Source: Takakia lepidozioides
Lineage: Eukaryota; Plantae; Bryophyta
Length of the DNA: 64,000 nucleotides
Reading direction: 5' to 3'
Assembly: GCA_030704615.1 (NCBI GenBank)
Contig: CM060732.1
Coordinates: 16,306,001 to 16,370,000 of the forward strand
Shown: positions 39,466-51,578 of the stretch, one piece after another
Layout of the letters: every line of letters begins with the position of its first letter
Numbering within the stretch: the stretch's first letter is position 1
Notes under the pieces: generated by a model
Seen by the model: only the letters and a program-made list of their open reading frames with translations
Told to the model about the DNA's origin: nothing
Database searches by the model: none
Program-made: the position numbers and the translations under genes

Positions 39466-39749
39466 GACTTTGCAGAACCAAAGCCACAAGCAAGGGCATC
39501 AAATCAATCGAAGCCATTACATGTGGTGTCTGCCTGTTGTAGGGTCTCAGGATCCATTGGTAGCGTGGACTGGAAGGTCTTGCATGTGGCCTCTGGCCTC
39601 TGGCCTCTTACTTACCACTTGCCCCATAGATTGTCATACTCCCACTCTGTTTGGTAAAGGTGAGCTTAATGACTCGCACATCTTGTAGTGTCTTTAATTT
39701 AATGTTTCTTTGGTGTTCCACACGAGGCACAGGTGTTATCACTCTTCAA

Positions 39750-40650
39750 TTCAATAACATCTGGCAAGTCTGGGGTAGGCTTCGCCAGTTTCTGAAAAAG
39801 AGTCCCACTACTTCATACTATGAAACTCTCAGGCAGCATCTTTTCCTCAACACCAACAAACTAAGTAGCCAACAAAAAGTCCAGGCTAAACGATGGTCTG
39901 CCTGGGACTCCTCCGGAATCAGCCAAGTCAACAATATTTGGTTTTTGGATGACCTCAGAAGCATTGAATCCATTGCACAAGTGGTGGGCAGATCAAGGGC
40001 AACACATGGCTATCAGGATTTGATTCAGAGCTTACCTCCTCAGTGGCTAGCGACCCTGCGCTCAGGCCCACAACACCTTTCCTCGAATTACTGGGCCCTT
40101 GCCATTCTTAATGGCCAGCTTACTATCCTTTTTGTCCAAGAATCTACTCAAAGCAACCATGTCACTTTTCCATTCAGCATTGACACTACATCATTAACCC
40201 TCACCCTCCTCTCTCGAAACCCTATCAATATCCCGCAGTCTGGCCCCTGGTCAAAACTTTCTATGGTAACTGGAATCAAAAACCTCTGACACCTCTGGAC
40301 CTACTCTTAAACTATGACTCGAACACCAAGCAAAGATCTCTGAACTGCCCAGTCTTTGAAACCCTCAAGGGATCAACGCTTTGGCACTTATAGAAGGCTC
40401 GACGCAGGAAAACTTCTCGGGGGAAACTGCCACTATCTCTGCACTTCTGTCTAATGTCTTCTATGACCTGATACAGAGTCTCATAAAGTTTGGGCTAAAA
40501 CATGTGCAGACATCAGGCGAAACTCAAGGAACGCTGCAGCCATCCATGTAGGCTTCCAAAGCATCTGGGGCTTCCAAGGAATTATCTGCTTCAGCACCTC
40601 GTGGACGAATGTTCCTGGGCCGAGCTCCCTCCCCCGTGCTGGAGCGATCA
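39750..40650 (+). pseudogene. L1-type LINE ORF2 C-terminal remnant
   Basis: IWQVW..LRQ..LRQHLF..W.AWDSSGISQV..IW parallels the 4800-5100 LINE remnant. Confidence 0.45.
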
Positions 40651-41114
40651 CCGAGTGACCCTCCACAGTATCGCCAGAGTTTGAACGGGATATGAACTGG
40701 AAGCACTTGAAACCAACAGCCAAGCCCTCACGGCTTCATTACAGATAGAGTAGCTTAGCATAGCAAAGGTCAATATCATACTTTTCACCATGACTCTTTC
40801 ATCATCTCTATCGCTCTCATGATGAGGCTCATTCACCATTAGATCCTCAGCGTATTGGATCACAAAACCTGACTATAGAGTTTCATGTAAAAGAAGTCAC
40901 ATGTTTCCATCAAATACCTCATGTTTCCTGTAAATTAAGCTATACAGGTTTACATCATGTTTACACTGTTTCTAGATGTTTCTCCTTCTCTAGGAGGTGC
41001 AGTTCACTTCCTCAGTGAACACAAGTGTGCCTTATGGTGTAATAGGGGTTTTAATTTTTTTCCCCAAATAATCTTAATAATAATATAATATAATATAATA
41101 TATATAAATCAGGG

Positions 41115-41870
41115 CACTGTCCAAAAAGGTCAATGCCTGTCGGAAGCAAACGCAAGTCAGCATATGAACTAGTGCGATAAGTAGGGTTGGGGTCACTAGT
41201 ACATATTAACGTTTTAATGACTATGGATATCACTGCATTTGCAGTGATAAGTGCTTTTACGACTACCTCGATCTACAGTGACAAACACGAAGTCAGTTCT
41301 ACCATGACTACGGAGTGATAAGTGTGAAGTCATGGTCATCACTGAGGACGTGGCATCGGATAGTGATGCAGGGTTTGGTGATGTAGTCATAACAGAAATA
41401 ATTACACGACTGTAAGTTATGACTACATCACTACAGCATTCCGCCTACATGGAGAGGCTTGTGCATGACACGTGGGATCCTTGGGATTTGACATGTGTGA
41501 CCATATGGTACAGTGGACTACACGACTCCACGACTACATGTCATGACTAACATGATAACTACATTACTACAGAAGTCCGCCTACATGAATAGTTGTTTGC
41601 GTGACACACGTAATCCCTCTTCTATGTCACGTGTCCAAATCGTGGGATGGAGTATAGTGATGCAGGCGTAACTTTATGACTACATGACTACATTGTGTGA
41701 CTACACTGATGAATACATAACTACTCAGTACATCGCTGAGGATGACATGTGGCACATTTCCTGAATACATGTATGACTACATTACTATGGGTGTGACTAT
41801 ATCACTACAACACTACAGATGCCACGTGGTCTTGTTGGAGTATGTGTGAATGACACGTGTAGGTCATGTA
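41115..41870 (+). mobile_element. CACTA/CACTG (EnSpm)-like terminus with subterminal repeats
   Basis: CACTGTCCAAAAA followed by many direct and inverted atgactac/catcactac/gtagtcat motifs; other end not seen (gap follows). Confidence 0.55.
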
Positions 41871-42058
41871 GATTTTAATATATTATTCAATTTCAAATGA
41901 CTAATTTAAATAGTAAATTAAAGTAAATTAATATGAAATTTAAACAAACCATGTGGAGCTCTCATAAGCACAGCAATTGGCAAAGCAATTGGCCCTCTAT
42001 ATCAAGACACACCCCCTCTGCCGGAAAGGAGAGCCTGCATTAATCTTCCAATGACCAA

Positions 42059-42558
42059 NNNNNNNNNNNNNNNNNNNNNNNNNNNNNNNNNNNNNNNNNN
42101 NNNNNNNNNNNNNNNNNNNNNNNNNNNNNNNNNNNNNNNNNNNNNNNNNNNNNNNNNNNNNNNNNNNNNNNNNNNNNNNNNNNNNNNNNNNNNNNNNNNN
42201 NNNNNNNNNNNNNNNNNNNNNNNNNNNNNNNNNNNNNNNNNNNNNNNNNNNNNNNNNNNNNNNNNNNNNNNNNNNNNNNNNNNNNNNNNNNNNNNNNNNN
42301 NNNNNNNNNNNNNNNNNNNNNNNNNNNNNNNNNNNNNNNNNNNNNNNNNNNNNNNNNNNNNNNNNNNNNNNNNNNNNNNNNNNNNNNNNNNNNNNNNNNN
42401 NNNNNNNNNNNNNNNNNNNNNNNNNNNNNNNNNNNNNNNNNNNNNNNNNNNNNNNNNNNNNNNNNNNNNNNNNNNNNNNNNNNNNNNNNNNNNNNNNNNN
42501 NNNNNNNNNNNNNNNNNNNNNNNNNNNNNNNNNNNNNNNNNNNNNNNNNNNNNNNNNN
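42059..42558. other. Assembly gap (500 N)
   Basis: Run of N. Confidence 1.
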
Positions 42559-43430
42559 CAGAGGGATGAGACTGCACGACGCGTTTCACTTCGCCATGTT
42601 GCTCAGTTGGTGCAGCGGTACCCTGAGTTGTTTTGTCGGTGTCTGCAATTTGTGGATATCAGCAGGCCTTGCCAGCAGACATTTCGTTGCTGGGGGCGCA
42701 GGATTTGGAGCGGTTGGCTCCATTGATCTTGTAGTTGGGCAGGTTGGCCCTGCCAAGGGCATTCATCAGCCGGGCATGGCAATGGATTGCGAGACTCGAG
42801 GTCGGGTCTGTTTTGGGAGATGGTGCGGGTTTTGCGCCACTTGCAGCTTCATCAAGCTGTATCTCCAGCATACATCTTGGAGAATGTGCCACTGATGGGC
42901 GATTCTCGGGCCAGGGGTGATGGCCAGTGTGCATCAAGTCCGGTCGTGGCTTGGGTCAGCAGTGTTGCTAGATGCAGCTACAGTGGGGTCACGGGCTCAT
43001 CGTCCACGGCTATGGTGGACTAACTTGATGCCACCCGCACTGCTCAAGCGTGCATTTGATGGGGTGCAGCGGCCAGCACATCTCACAGTGGATAACATTC
43101 TGGACACAGGGAGGCAGTCTCAGCGTGTGAGACACGATGACCGTTCGCCTTTGGCAGTGGTCAACAAGGTGGGTCAACCACGAGCAGCATTACCTACACT
43201 GCTCAGCTTCCCAGGATCGCATGCTTTCCGGGATAGTGGACCTGGCCTCCTGTGGGGATGCTCAGTTGCAGCAGTTAGTGGAGCCTAATGCTGACGAGCG
43301 TGAGCGGGCAATGGGTTTTACCACTGGTACCACGGCGGTGTCGTCTCTTTCTGAGGCATCACGTCGTCAAGTGTTGGGGCAAGCAATGGATCTCAATTGC
43401 TTGACCTGGATTATCAGCTTGGCTTGGCTG
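42559..43430 (+). pseudogene. DNMT3-like C5-methyltransferase domain, frameshifted copy
   Basis: GWPCQG, YILENVP, AHRPRLWWTN, ERERAMGF and LGQAM in shifting frames; nearly identical to 62610-63470. Confidence 0.88.
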
Positions 43431-46400
43431 AGCAACGCAGAGTCGGAGTACACTTCCCTCAATGGTCTCTCTGCCTACCGAGACGGTACAGGCAGTGAGT
43501 GGGGGCGAGCATGTGAGGACCACAGGGTGCATGCATCCATGCACACGTGGAGTGGGAGATGCTCGAGGTTCAGAAGGAGTTGGCAGCCAAGGCGGCTGTG
43601 ATGGATGAGGTTGGGGATTCTTCTCGGGTGAGGAGGTCCTCAAGGATGAGATGATGGGGCAGGATGAGGCCTTGTCATTGACTGAGCAGGCAGGGAGTAC
43701 TGCTCAAGAGATTGCAACATAGCAACCACTGGACGCGTCCTCTACCTCTAAGCCCACTGGACTTAAGGTTGCAGTTACAGAGGACAATTGGGAGCCTGAC
43801 ATTGGACCCATTGTCACCGGAGGAGAGAGACGACGTATACGGCGGTTCCTGAGGGCTTACAGGAATTGCTTTGCCTTCAGTTTGAAGGACTTGGGAGCAC
43901 TGAAGGGTCAAGAGATCCGTATTGAGTTGGCCACTGACACGCCAATCTTTCGGAGACCCTATAGATACAGTGACATGGAGAGGTCTTTGATTCAGATGAG
44001 GACTCAAGATCTCTGGGAGGCAGGTTTGGTGGAGCTCTCTGGTGGAGAGTATGCTTCAGCCACAGTGATGCCAGCCAAGAAGGATGTCTATGGCAATTGG
44101 ACGGAAAGACGTATGTGCGGTGATTACCGGCCTGTAAATCGTCAGACCAAGTCCGATAAGTATGCCATGCCAACACCAGTGGAGATCTTTGATGCCATCG
44201 GGCATGCTAAAGGTCTTTAGCACTTTGGATTTACGATCCGGATATCACCAGTTGCCAATCAAAGAGGCGAACAAGCAGAAGACGCATTCTGGGGGATCAA
44301 TGAGCACGGCAAGGATTGCCTATATCAGTGGCGGTTCTTATCATTTGGGCTTAAGAATGCTCCTGCAGAGTTTTCAGAGAGTCATGGATAGGATTCTAGC
44401 AGGGGTGGACTTTGCTCGGTGCTACATAGATGACATCATCATCTTTAGTGTTACGATGGAGGAGCATGAGAGACACCTTCAGGTGGTATTGGAGCGCTTG
44501 AGAGCGCACGGATTGAAGTTGCATCCGGGGAAGTGCAAGTTTTTCCACAACCAGATTGAGTATCTGGGTCACATGATATATCCTGGAGGATTGGGGGTAC
44601 AGCAGACTAAGGTAGAGGCCATTGCACAAATTCCACGCCCCACGGATGTGAGCCGAGTTCGAGCTTTCATGGGGTTGGCAAACTATTATAGACGGTTTGT
44701 CAAGGGATTTAGTACCATTGCAAAGGCTCTAACAAGCTGACCAAGGTGGACAGGAGTGGCAGTGGGAAGATGAGCAGGAACGAGCTTTTCAAGAGCTCAA
44801 GGCGAGGTTGACCTCGGCACCTATCCTGAGACGACCTATCAGGGGGCGTCCCTTTCAGCTGCATACGGATTGGAGCATGCTGGGGCTTGGAGCGGTGCTC
44901 ACATAGGTGGATGATGAGGGAAGAGAGTTCGTAGTGGCTTATGCTAGCCGCTCGAACAACGCTGCAGAGGCTAAATACAGCTCATATGAGGGAGAGTGCT
45001 TAGCTGCAGTGTGGACCGTGGCACACTTCAGGTGCTATCTATACGGCAATCTCTTCACCCTTGTCACGGATCACTAGCCACTCAAGTGGTTGATGGAGTC
45101 AGACAAGCTTATGGGGAAGCTTGCACGGTGGGCACTCATACTCCAGGAGTATGACTTTCAGGTTGTGCATCGACCGGGTTTGGTCAATCGGGATGCGGAT
45201 GGATTGAGTCGCAATCCATGCACGAGCCAGCAAGATGACACTGGAGCTCGGTGGCATGGTGAGACGGACGAGGAGATGATGCCGGGATGGCATGCATCTG
45301 CCTTTTTGTGTATCTTGGCATCAGGAGGTCAGGTTGGACCTACAACAGGGATGACTGTAGACAGAGTGTCTGAGGACCCTGAGGCTAGTGATGAGCCAGG
45401 TGGTACCAGAGATATACATGAGGATTCGGCTGTGTTGGACTACCTCCGTACTGGAGACAGGGCAGCCACTATGACTGCCAATCTTTTCACCCTTGTCACG
45501 GATCACCAGCCACTCAAGTGGTTGATGGAGTCAGACAAGCTTACGGGGAAGCTTGCACGGTGGGCACTCATACTCCAGGAGTATGACTTTCAGGTTATGC
45601 ATCGACCAGGTTTGGTCAATCGGGATGCGGATGGATTGAGTCGCAATCCATGCATGAGCCAGCAGGATGACACAGGAGCTCGGTGGCATGGTGAGACGGA
45701 CGAGGAGATGGTGCCGGGATGGCACGCATCTGTATTTTTGTGTATCTTGGCATCGGGAGGTCAGGTTGGACCTACAATAGGGATGACTGTAGATGGAGTG
45801 TCTGAGGACCCTGAGGCTAGTGATGAGCTAGGTGGTGCCAGAGATATACATGAGGATTCGGCTGTGTTGGACTACCTCCGCACGGGAGACACGGCAGCCA
45901 TTGTGACTGCCAGGGAGAGGGATCGGATCCTGCAACGAGCCAAGAGGTTCAAGTGGGAGGGGATACACCTACTTCGAGTGTGGGAGGATGGTCGGATGAG
46001 GATTGTGCCTCACCCCACACAGCGTGCACGGTTAGTGCGGCATGCCCATGAGGAATTGGGGCATTTTGGAGTGCGACGCACTCACAGTTTACTGCAGGGG
46101 CAGTATTGGTGGCGTGGTATGCATACAGAGGTGCAACAGTTCGTGGCTAGGTGCATGGTGTGTGACAGGGTGCGTGCTTCATTCAACGCCCCTATACCAC
46201 AGTTGCATCATTTACCAATCATGGGATTGGGCTATAGGTGGAGTCTTGACTTCGCAGGACCGTTGCCACTGACTATGCGCCACCACAGATATGTGTTGGT
46301 GATGGTGGAGCACTTCTCCAAGTGGATTGAGTTGGTTCCATTGCCTGACAAGGCTAGTGAGGGGGCTGCGTATGCATTCTAGGATCGTGTGCTTAGCCGA

Positions 46401-47145
46401 TTTGGTGCTCCAGCTGAGGTACTCACGGACCAAGGGAGAGAGTTCTTGGGGGAGTTTCAGGCTTTTGTGTGATAAAGCCTTGATAGGCCACCGCACCACT
46501 TCTCGGGATCATCCTGAGGCCGATGGCTTAGCAGAGAGAGTTGTTCAGACGGTGAAGAGGGGTTTGCGCAAGTATGGCTTGCAGAAGGGACACCTAGGAG
46601 ATTGGGATCTTCAGGTTCCTTGGTTAGCCATGGGCTACAGGTTCAGCAAACAAGCATCACTTGCCTCCTTCTCACCATATTTCCTTCTCTTTGGCCGAGA
46701 GCCGGATTTGCCTGCAGCCATTCGTAGGGACACTGCTCAAGTCCTTAACCTTGACGACCCGGACGTGTGGGTACGTGCATGTGATCAGCGTACAGAGTTG
46801 TTCAAGAAAGTCATGCCCATGGCTTTTGAGAACCTTGCCATTGCACAGCACCGTGATACGTTGAGGTATGCCACTATACGTGGTGGAGGATATCGTCCTG
46901 GGGTTCAGAGGTTTAGCCCTAGTGACTATGTTTATTTGCAGCAGACTGCTCCTACGACTCTGGATGTTACTGCAGGGCGTGTTATTCTGAGGGTTCGAGA
47001 GGTGTTGCCCTCAGGGGTCCTGATCTTGGAGGGTCGGGATGGCATGACTTGGAAGGACCATGTGCGTAATTGTGCGCCATGTCACCTTCCCAATGTCGAT
47101 GGCAGAGTTGACCCAAACTTGGTAGTGATACCTGCAGGTTTGAGG

Positions 47146-47280
47146 TGCATGCTCTGTGGGTCTGCCAAAGGGGCAGCCACCATGCTGGTGTGTGATCGAT
47201 GCTCAAGGGGTTGGCATATGGGATGCTTGACACCACCTCTTGAGAAGGTTCCTGACGGAGATTGGTTGTGTCCACACTGC
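47146..47280 (+). CDS. PHD finger at the integrase C-terminus
   Basis: CMLC-x10-CDRC-x4-HMGC-x-PPL..VP.GDWLCPHC, a canonical C4HC3, in frame with the integrase core (ORF 46327-47289). Confidence 0.92.
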
Positions 47281-47549
47281 TTGGGATAGTGGCAGTGGAC
47301 ATGACTGGAGGCAGCTAACAAGACATGGGAGGCCAAGCTCATATGAGTCAATACATGAGATCCCAAGCTCAAGTTCACAGGTTGCAAGACGGCGACTAAC
47401 GATGGGGCAACTCTTGCACCCGGCCTCTTGATCTATCGAGTTTGAGTGTAGTAGGGATAGTGGTGGAGGACTTAGTGAGGCTATGGTCACTATCACATCT
47501 TGTGGCTACCTGGACTTAGAGGGACCTAAGCACCAGCTAGGGGGGCGAT

Positions 47550-47738
47550 TGTGTGGACTAGTGACTGCCATAGTGGGCAGCATAGTGGCAGCCTAGTGAC
47601 TGACTAGTTGTAGCCTAGTGGTTGGACTAGTGGTTGGACTAGTGGTAGACTAGTGGTATACTAGTGTGTGGTGTGCACATGTGTTGTGTGGTTTTTGGAC
47701 AGCGATGTAGTTGTGTAGCGATATGTATGCGCACGACA
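47550..47738 (+). mobile_element. 3' LTR (189 bp) of the DNMT-Gypsy
   Basis: TGTGTGG...CACGACA right after the PPT; repeated at 48059-48247 and partially at 59067-59177. Confidence 0.88.
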
Positions 47739-47740
47739 GC

Positions 47741-48058
47741 TGTCAAGTTATTTTACCACTAGTGTGAAACTAGCTAGGAAATAGCTAGCTTTTACATATT
47801 GACATTTGGGATTGGCCCAAGTGTCAATCCAGGGGTCAAGGCAGATTTAGGCCCTGAAGTGGTTATCTTCACGGCAAGCGCGGAAGGCTCATCTTTCTCG
47901 AGTTGAGCCTCACCGCGCCTAGCTATGGCGCCGTAGTGTGGATTCCCCATGGCGTGGGGTGCACTTGGCTTGACTTGTATTTGAGTGATGAGGTTATATA
48001 TGCATGAGTTTATGCTTCAGATTTGTGAGCTCGTGCTTGTATTCTTCTTCTTTATCAT
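47741..48058. mobile_element. LTR-like fragment related to 5900-6200
   Basis: Starts TGTCAAG; shares motifs with 6030-6180. Confidence 0.35.
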
Positions 48059-48247
48059 TGTGTGGACTAGTGACTGCCATAGTGGGCAGCATAGTGGCAG
48101 CCTAGTGACTGACTAGTTGTAGCCTAGTGGTTGGACTAGTGGCTAGACTAGTGGTGGACTAGTGGTATACTAGTGTGTGGTGTGCACATGTGTTGTGTGG
48201 TTTTTGGACAGCGATGTAGTTGTGTAGCGATATGTATGCGCACGACA
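48059..48247 (+). mobile_element. Isolated LTR of the DNMT-Gypsy family
   Basis: Near-identical to 47550-47738; abuts chromovirus integrase sequence; no clear TSD. Confidence 0.85.
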
Positions 48248-49292
48248 ATTGCATCGAATCCTTTTGACAGTGGCATAGCAGTCATGAAATCCATCGAGAC
48301 ACTTTCCCAAGACCCCTCTGGAATCGGCAAGGGTTGTAACAGCCCCGCTTGCCTTTTGTACTCGCTCCGGTTTTGTTGGCATGTGGTGCATGTCTTGACA
48401 TACTCCTCAGCCTCCTCCCTCAATTTGGGCTAGAAATATTCTTTCTTCAAGAGTGCCGCGGTGTGCTTGGCTCCGCCGTGGCCCGCAAGCGGGCCATCAT
48501 GGCATTCTCTCAAGAGACTATCCCTGATCCCTCCTTTCGGCACGTAGAGACGCTTTTGCTTGTACCGGAGCAGTCCATTTTGCAAGTGGAACTGCGATTT
48601 AACCCCCATCCTCAAGTCCCGCATCATGGACTTCGCCATCTCATCCTTCCGGTAAGCCTTCCAGATCTTCCTTTGGTGCGCCGTCTTGCCCCTGTACACC
48701 AACATGAGCTGCTGCTTTCTACTTAAAGCGTCGGCCACCACATTGTCCCGTCCCGGTTTGTACTGGATATCCACGTCAAACACTGCCAAAGTGTCTTGCC
48801 ACCTAAGTTGTTTTGGGGACAACTTAGGCTGTGTGGCAAAATACTTCACCGTGACATTGTCCGTGAACACCTTCACCGGGTTGGAACCAACATAGTGACG
48901 CCAAAGCTCAAGGCAATGCACCACCGCCTTCATCTCTTTCTCGTGCGTTGGCCACCGTCGCCCACTTCATTCAGTTTCTTACTTTCGTAAGCCACTGGAC
49001 GTCCATCCTACATCAGCACACCCCCAATTGCGAAGTCCGACGCATCTGTTGAATGTCAAATGGACGGTCAAACTCCGGAATTTTCAAGACTGGAGCTTCT
49101 GCCATCCGCTTCTTCAACTCGGCAAAAGCTTGGCCACAAAAGGTGTTCCATACCCATACTTTGGATTTACACAAAAGGTCCGACAGCGGCCCCGCAATCT
49201 TCGCGAAATTTCTCACATACTTTCGGTAATAGGAGGCGAGTCCTAGGAAGGATCGCACTCCCGGGACCAAAGTCGGAGGCTCCCAGTCCAAG
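48248..49292 (-). pseudogene. Chromovirus-like Gypsy pol fragment (RT connection, RNase H, integrase N-terminus)
   Basis: [19 protein letters not shown] nearly identical to 18627-18965; FTDN, NVVADALSR, CHDGPLAGHGG, CTTCQ, WESVSMDF. Confidence 0.9.
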
Positions 49293-50756
49293 TTCGGTGC
49301 CATTTTTCCATCCGGAGGATGATCTCTATCGGCCATGTGTCGGCCTCTCCCTCCCAGATGACTTCAACCGAATGCCCTCGGATGGAAATTCGGCGCTGTT
49401 TTTCCATCCGGGGGATGTTCTCTGTCGGCCAAGTGTCGGCCTCTCCCCCCGAGATGACTTCATGCGGGCGGCCTCGGATGGAAATTCGGCATCGTTTTTC
49501 CATCCGGAGGATGATCTCTGTCGGCCATGTGTCGGCCTCTCCCTCCGAGACGACTTCATCCGAACGGCCTCGGATGGAAATTCAGCGCCGTTTTTCCATC
49601 CGGGGGATGTTCTCTGTCGGCCAGGTGTCGGCCTCTCCCCCCGAGACGACATCATCCGAGCGGCCCCAGATGGAAATTCGGCGCTGTTTTTCCATCCGGG
49701 GGATGTTCTCCGTTGGCCAGGTGTCGGCCTCTCCCCCCGAGACGACTTCATCCGGGCGGCCTCGGATGGAAATTCGGCGTCGTTTTTCCATCCGAAGGAA
49801 AATCTCTGTCGGCCATGTGTCGGCCTCTCCCCCCGAGACGACTTCATGCGGGCGGCCTCGGATGGAAATTCGGCGCCATTTTTTCATCCGGGGGATGTTC
49901 TCTATCGGCCATGTGTCGGCCTCTCCCCCCGAGGCGACATCATCCGAGCGGCCCCGGATGGAAATTCGGCGCCGTTTTTCCATCCGGGGGATGTTCTCTG
50001 TCGGTCAGATGTCGACCTCTCCCCCCGAGACAACTTTATCCGGGCGGCCTTGGATGGAAATTCGGCGCCGTTTGTCCATCCGGAGGCTGATCTCTGTCGG
50101 CCATGTGTCGGCCTCTCCCTCCGAGACGACTTCATCCGAATGGCCTCGGATGGAAATTCGGCGCCGTTTTTCCATCCGGGGGATGTTCTCTGTTTGCCAG
50201 GTGTCGGCCTCTCCCCCCGAGACGACTTCGTGCGGGCGGCCTCGGATGGAAATTTGGCACCATTTTTCCGTCCGGAGGATGATCTCTGTCGGCCATGTGT
50301 CGGCCTCTCCCTCCGAGACGACTTCATCCGAACGGCCTCGGATGGAAATTCGGCGCCGTTTTTCCATCCGGGGGATATTCTCTGTCGGCCTCTCCCCTCG
50401 AGACAACATCATCCGAGCGGCCCCGGATGGAAATTCAACGCCATTTTTCCATCCGGGGGATGTTCTCTGTCGGCCAGGTGTCGGCCTCTCCCCCCGAGAC
50501 GACTTCATCCGGGCGGCCTCGGATGGAAATTCATCGCCGTTTTTCCATTCGGAGGATGATCTCTGTCGGCCATGTGTCGGCCTCTCCCTCCGAGACGACT
50601 TCATCCGAATGGCCTCGGATGGAAATTCGGCGTTGTTTTTTCATCCGGGGGATGTTCTCTGTCGGCCAGGTGTCGGCCTCTCCCCCGAGACGACTTCATG
50701 CGGGCGGCCTCGGATGGAATTTCGGCGCCGTTTTTCCATCCGGGGGATGTTCTCTG
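49293..50756. repeat. 96-bp tandem array (about 15 units), each with the near-palindrome GGATGGAAATTCGGCGCCGTTTTTCCATCC
   Basis: Units at about 49380, 49476, 49572 ... 50340, one shortened unit, then 50425-50712. Confidence 0.95.
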
Positions 50757-51011
50757 GCAGGCACGTGGGGCCGTTACCCTCCGATTTGACGCATGTCGAA
50801 TTAAATCCTGCCCCTCATTCCTGGGTACGGTTATATGGAATATTGCTCTTTTTCTTTGCCACTTGCCCGACCTTCTCTCGTGACCCACGCGTTTCAAACC
50901 GAGACAGCAACAACACTTCCTCGCTCCGAGCTGCTCTCACTTCAGCTTCCCCACACTCCCCCCTCCCTGCGCACCCTGTCTGCTTCCTGGCAGCCCTTTC
51001 AATAGTCGGCG

Positions 51012-51578
51012 ATGGCGTGCCGGGATCCCAGCAACTGCCCATACAAGCATCTCACCCCGTGGGACTTCTCGCCCAAGTCAGGGGATATTTTCATATACCT
51101 GCAGGATTGGATAGACCAGTCTCAGCAGAGGAGGGTGCACCTGTCCGCTCTTGAGTACCTTCCTGGCTTCCACGATCAGCCTCGCGGGGACGGGCTTGCA
51201 CGGCTTTGGTGCTTGCGAATCGTTGATCTGCAGTATCCGCCTGCATGGAACATCCCCAAAAGCCGCACGACCTTACTACATCATTGGAGGTGCTGCCAGT
51301 GGGCCTACGAGGATTGCATCGGGTGTACGTACATGCCTGAGAGGATTCCATCCCAAATAGTGTATGGGGACATTCTCATAAGCTACGAGGATGAGTCCTA
51401 TGGACACAGAGTCTCCACAGCAAAGGTCTCGATTTACGATGGTGCATATATCGGAGGACATGACACCATTGTCCACAACACCAAGGGCGAATGGGCTGCA
51501 TCCATTGTCTTCACCTACCGACACCCTGTTAGTCATGAGCTTGTTGAGAGGCCAATCGAGGTTCCAGCTTCTTGGTGA
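51012..51578 (+). CDS. Intact 188-aa ORF of unknown function inside MULE copy 2
   Basis: ATG-to-stop ORF with globular composition (W/C/H/Y-rich), lying between the array and the transposase. Confidence 0.45.
   Translation: MACRDPSNCPYKHLTPWDFSPKSGDIFIYLQDWIDQSQQRRVHLSALEYLPGFHDQPRGDGLARLWCLRIVDLQYPPAWNIPKSRTTLLHHWRCCQWAYEDCIGCTYMPERIPSQIVYGDILISYEDESYGHRVSTAKVSIYDGAYIGGHDTIVHNTKGEWAASIVFTYRHPVSHELVERPIEVPASW

Larger units (their letters stand above)
42559..47738 (+). mobile_element. Ty3/Gypsy LTR retrotransposon with DNMT and PHD, copy A (5' part in the gap)
   Basis: Order DNMT - RT (RRMCGDYRPVN, YIDDI) - RNase H (LHTDWS, AYASR, TDH) - integrase (GHFG, LDFAGP, DQG, DGLAER) - PHD - PPT (agctaggggggcga) - LTR. 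Confidence 0.92.

Noticed and set aside
42002-42589. ORFs spanning the N run
   Set aside because: Gap artefact
47550-48247. A TRIM-like mini-element formed by the two short LTRs
   Set aside because: The first LTR is the 3' LTR of copy A (PPT upstream); no PBS or PPT inside the 320-bp interval, which resembles a different LTR; no TSD
49060-51154. Long 499-aa and 611-aa repeat proteins
   Set aside because: Artefacts of a stop-poor 96-bp repeat that reads open in several frames on both strands
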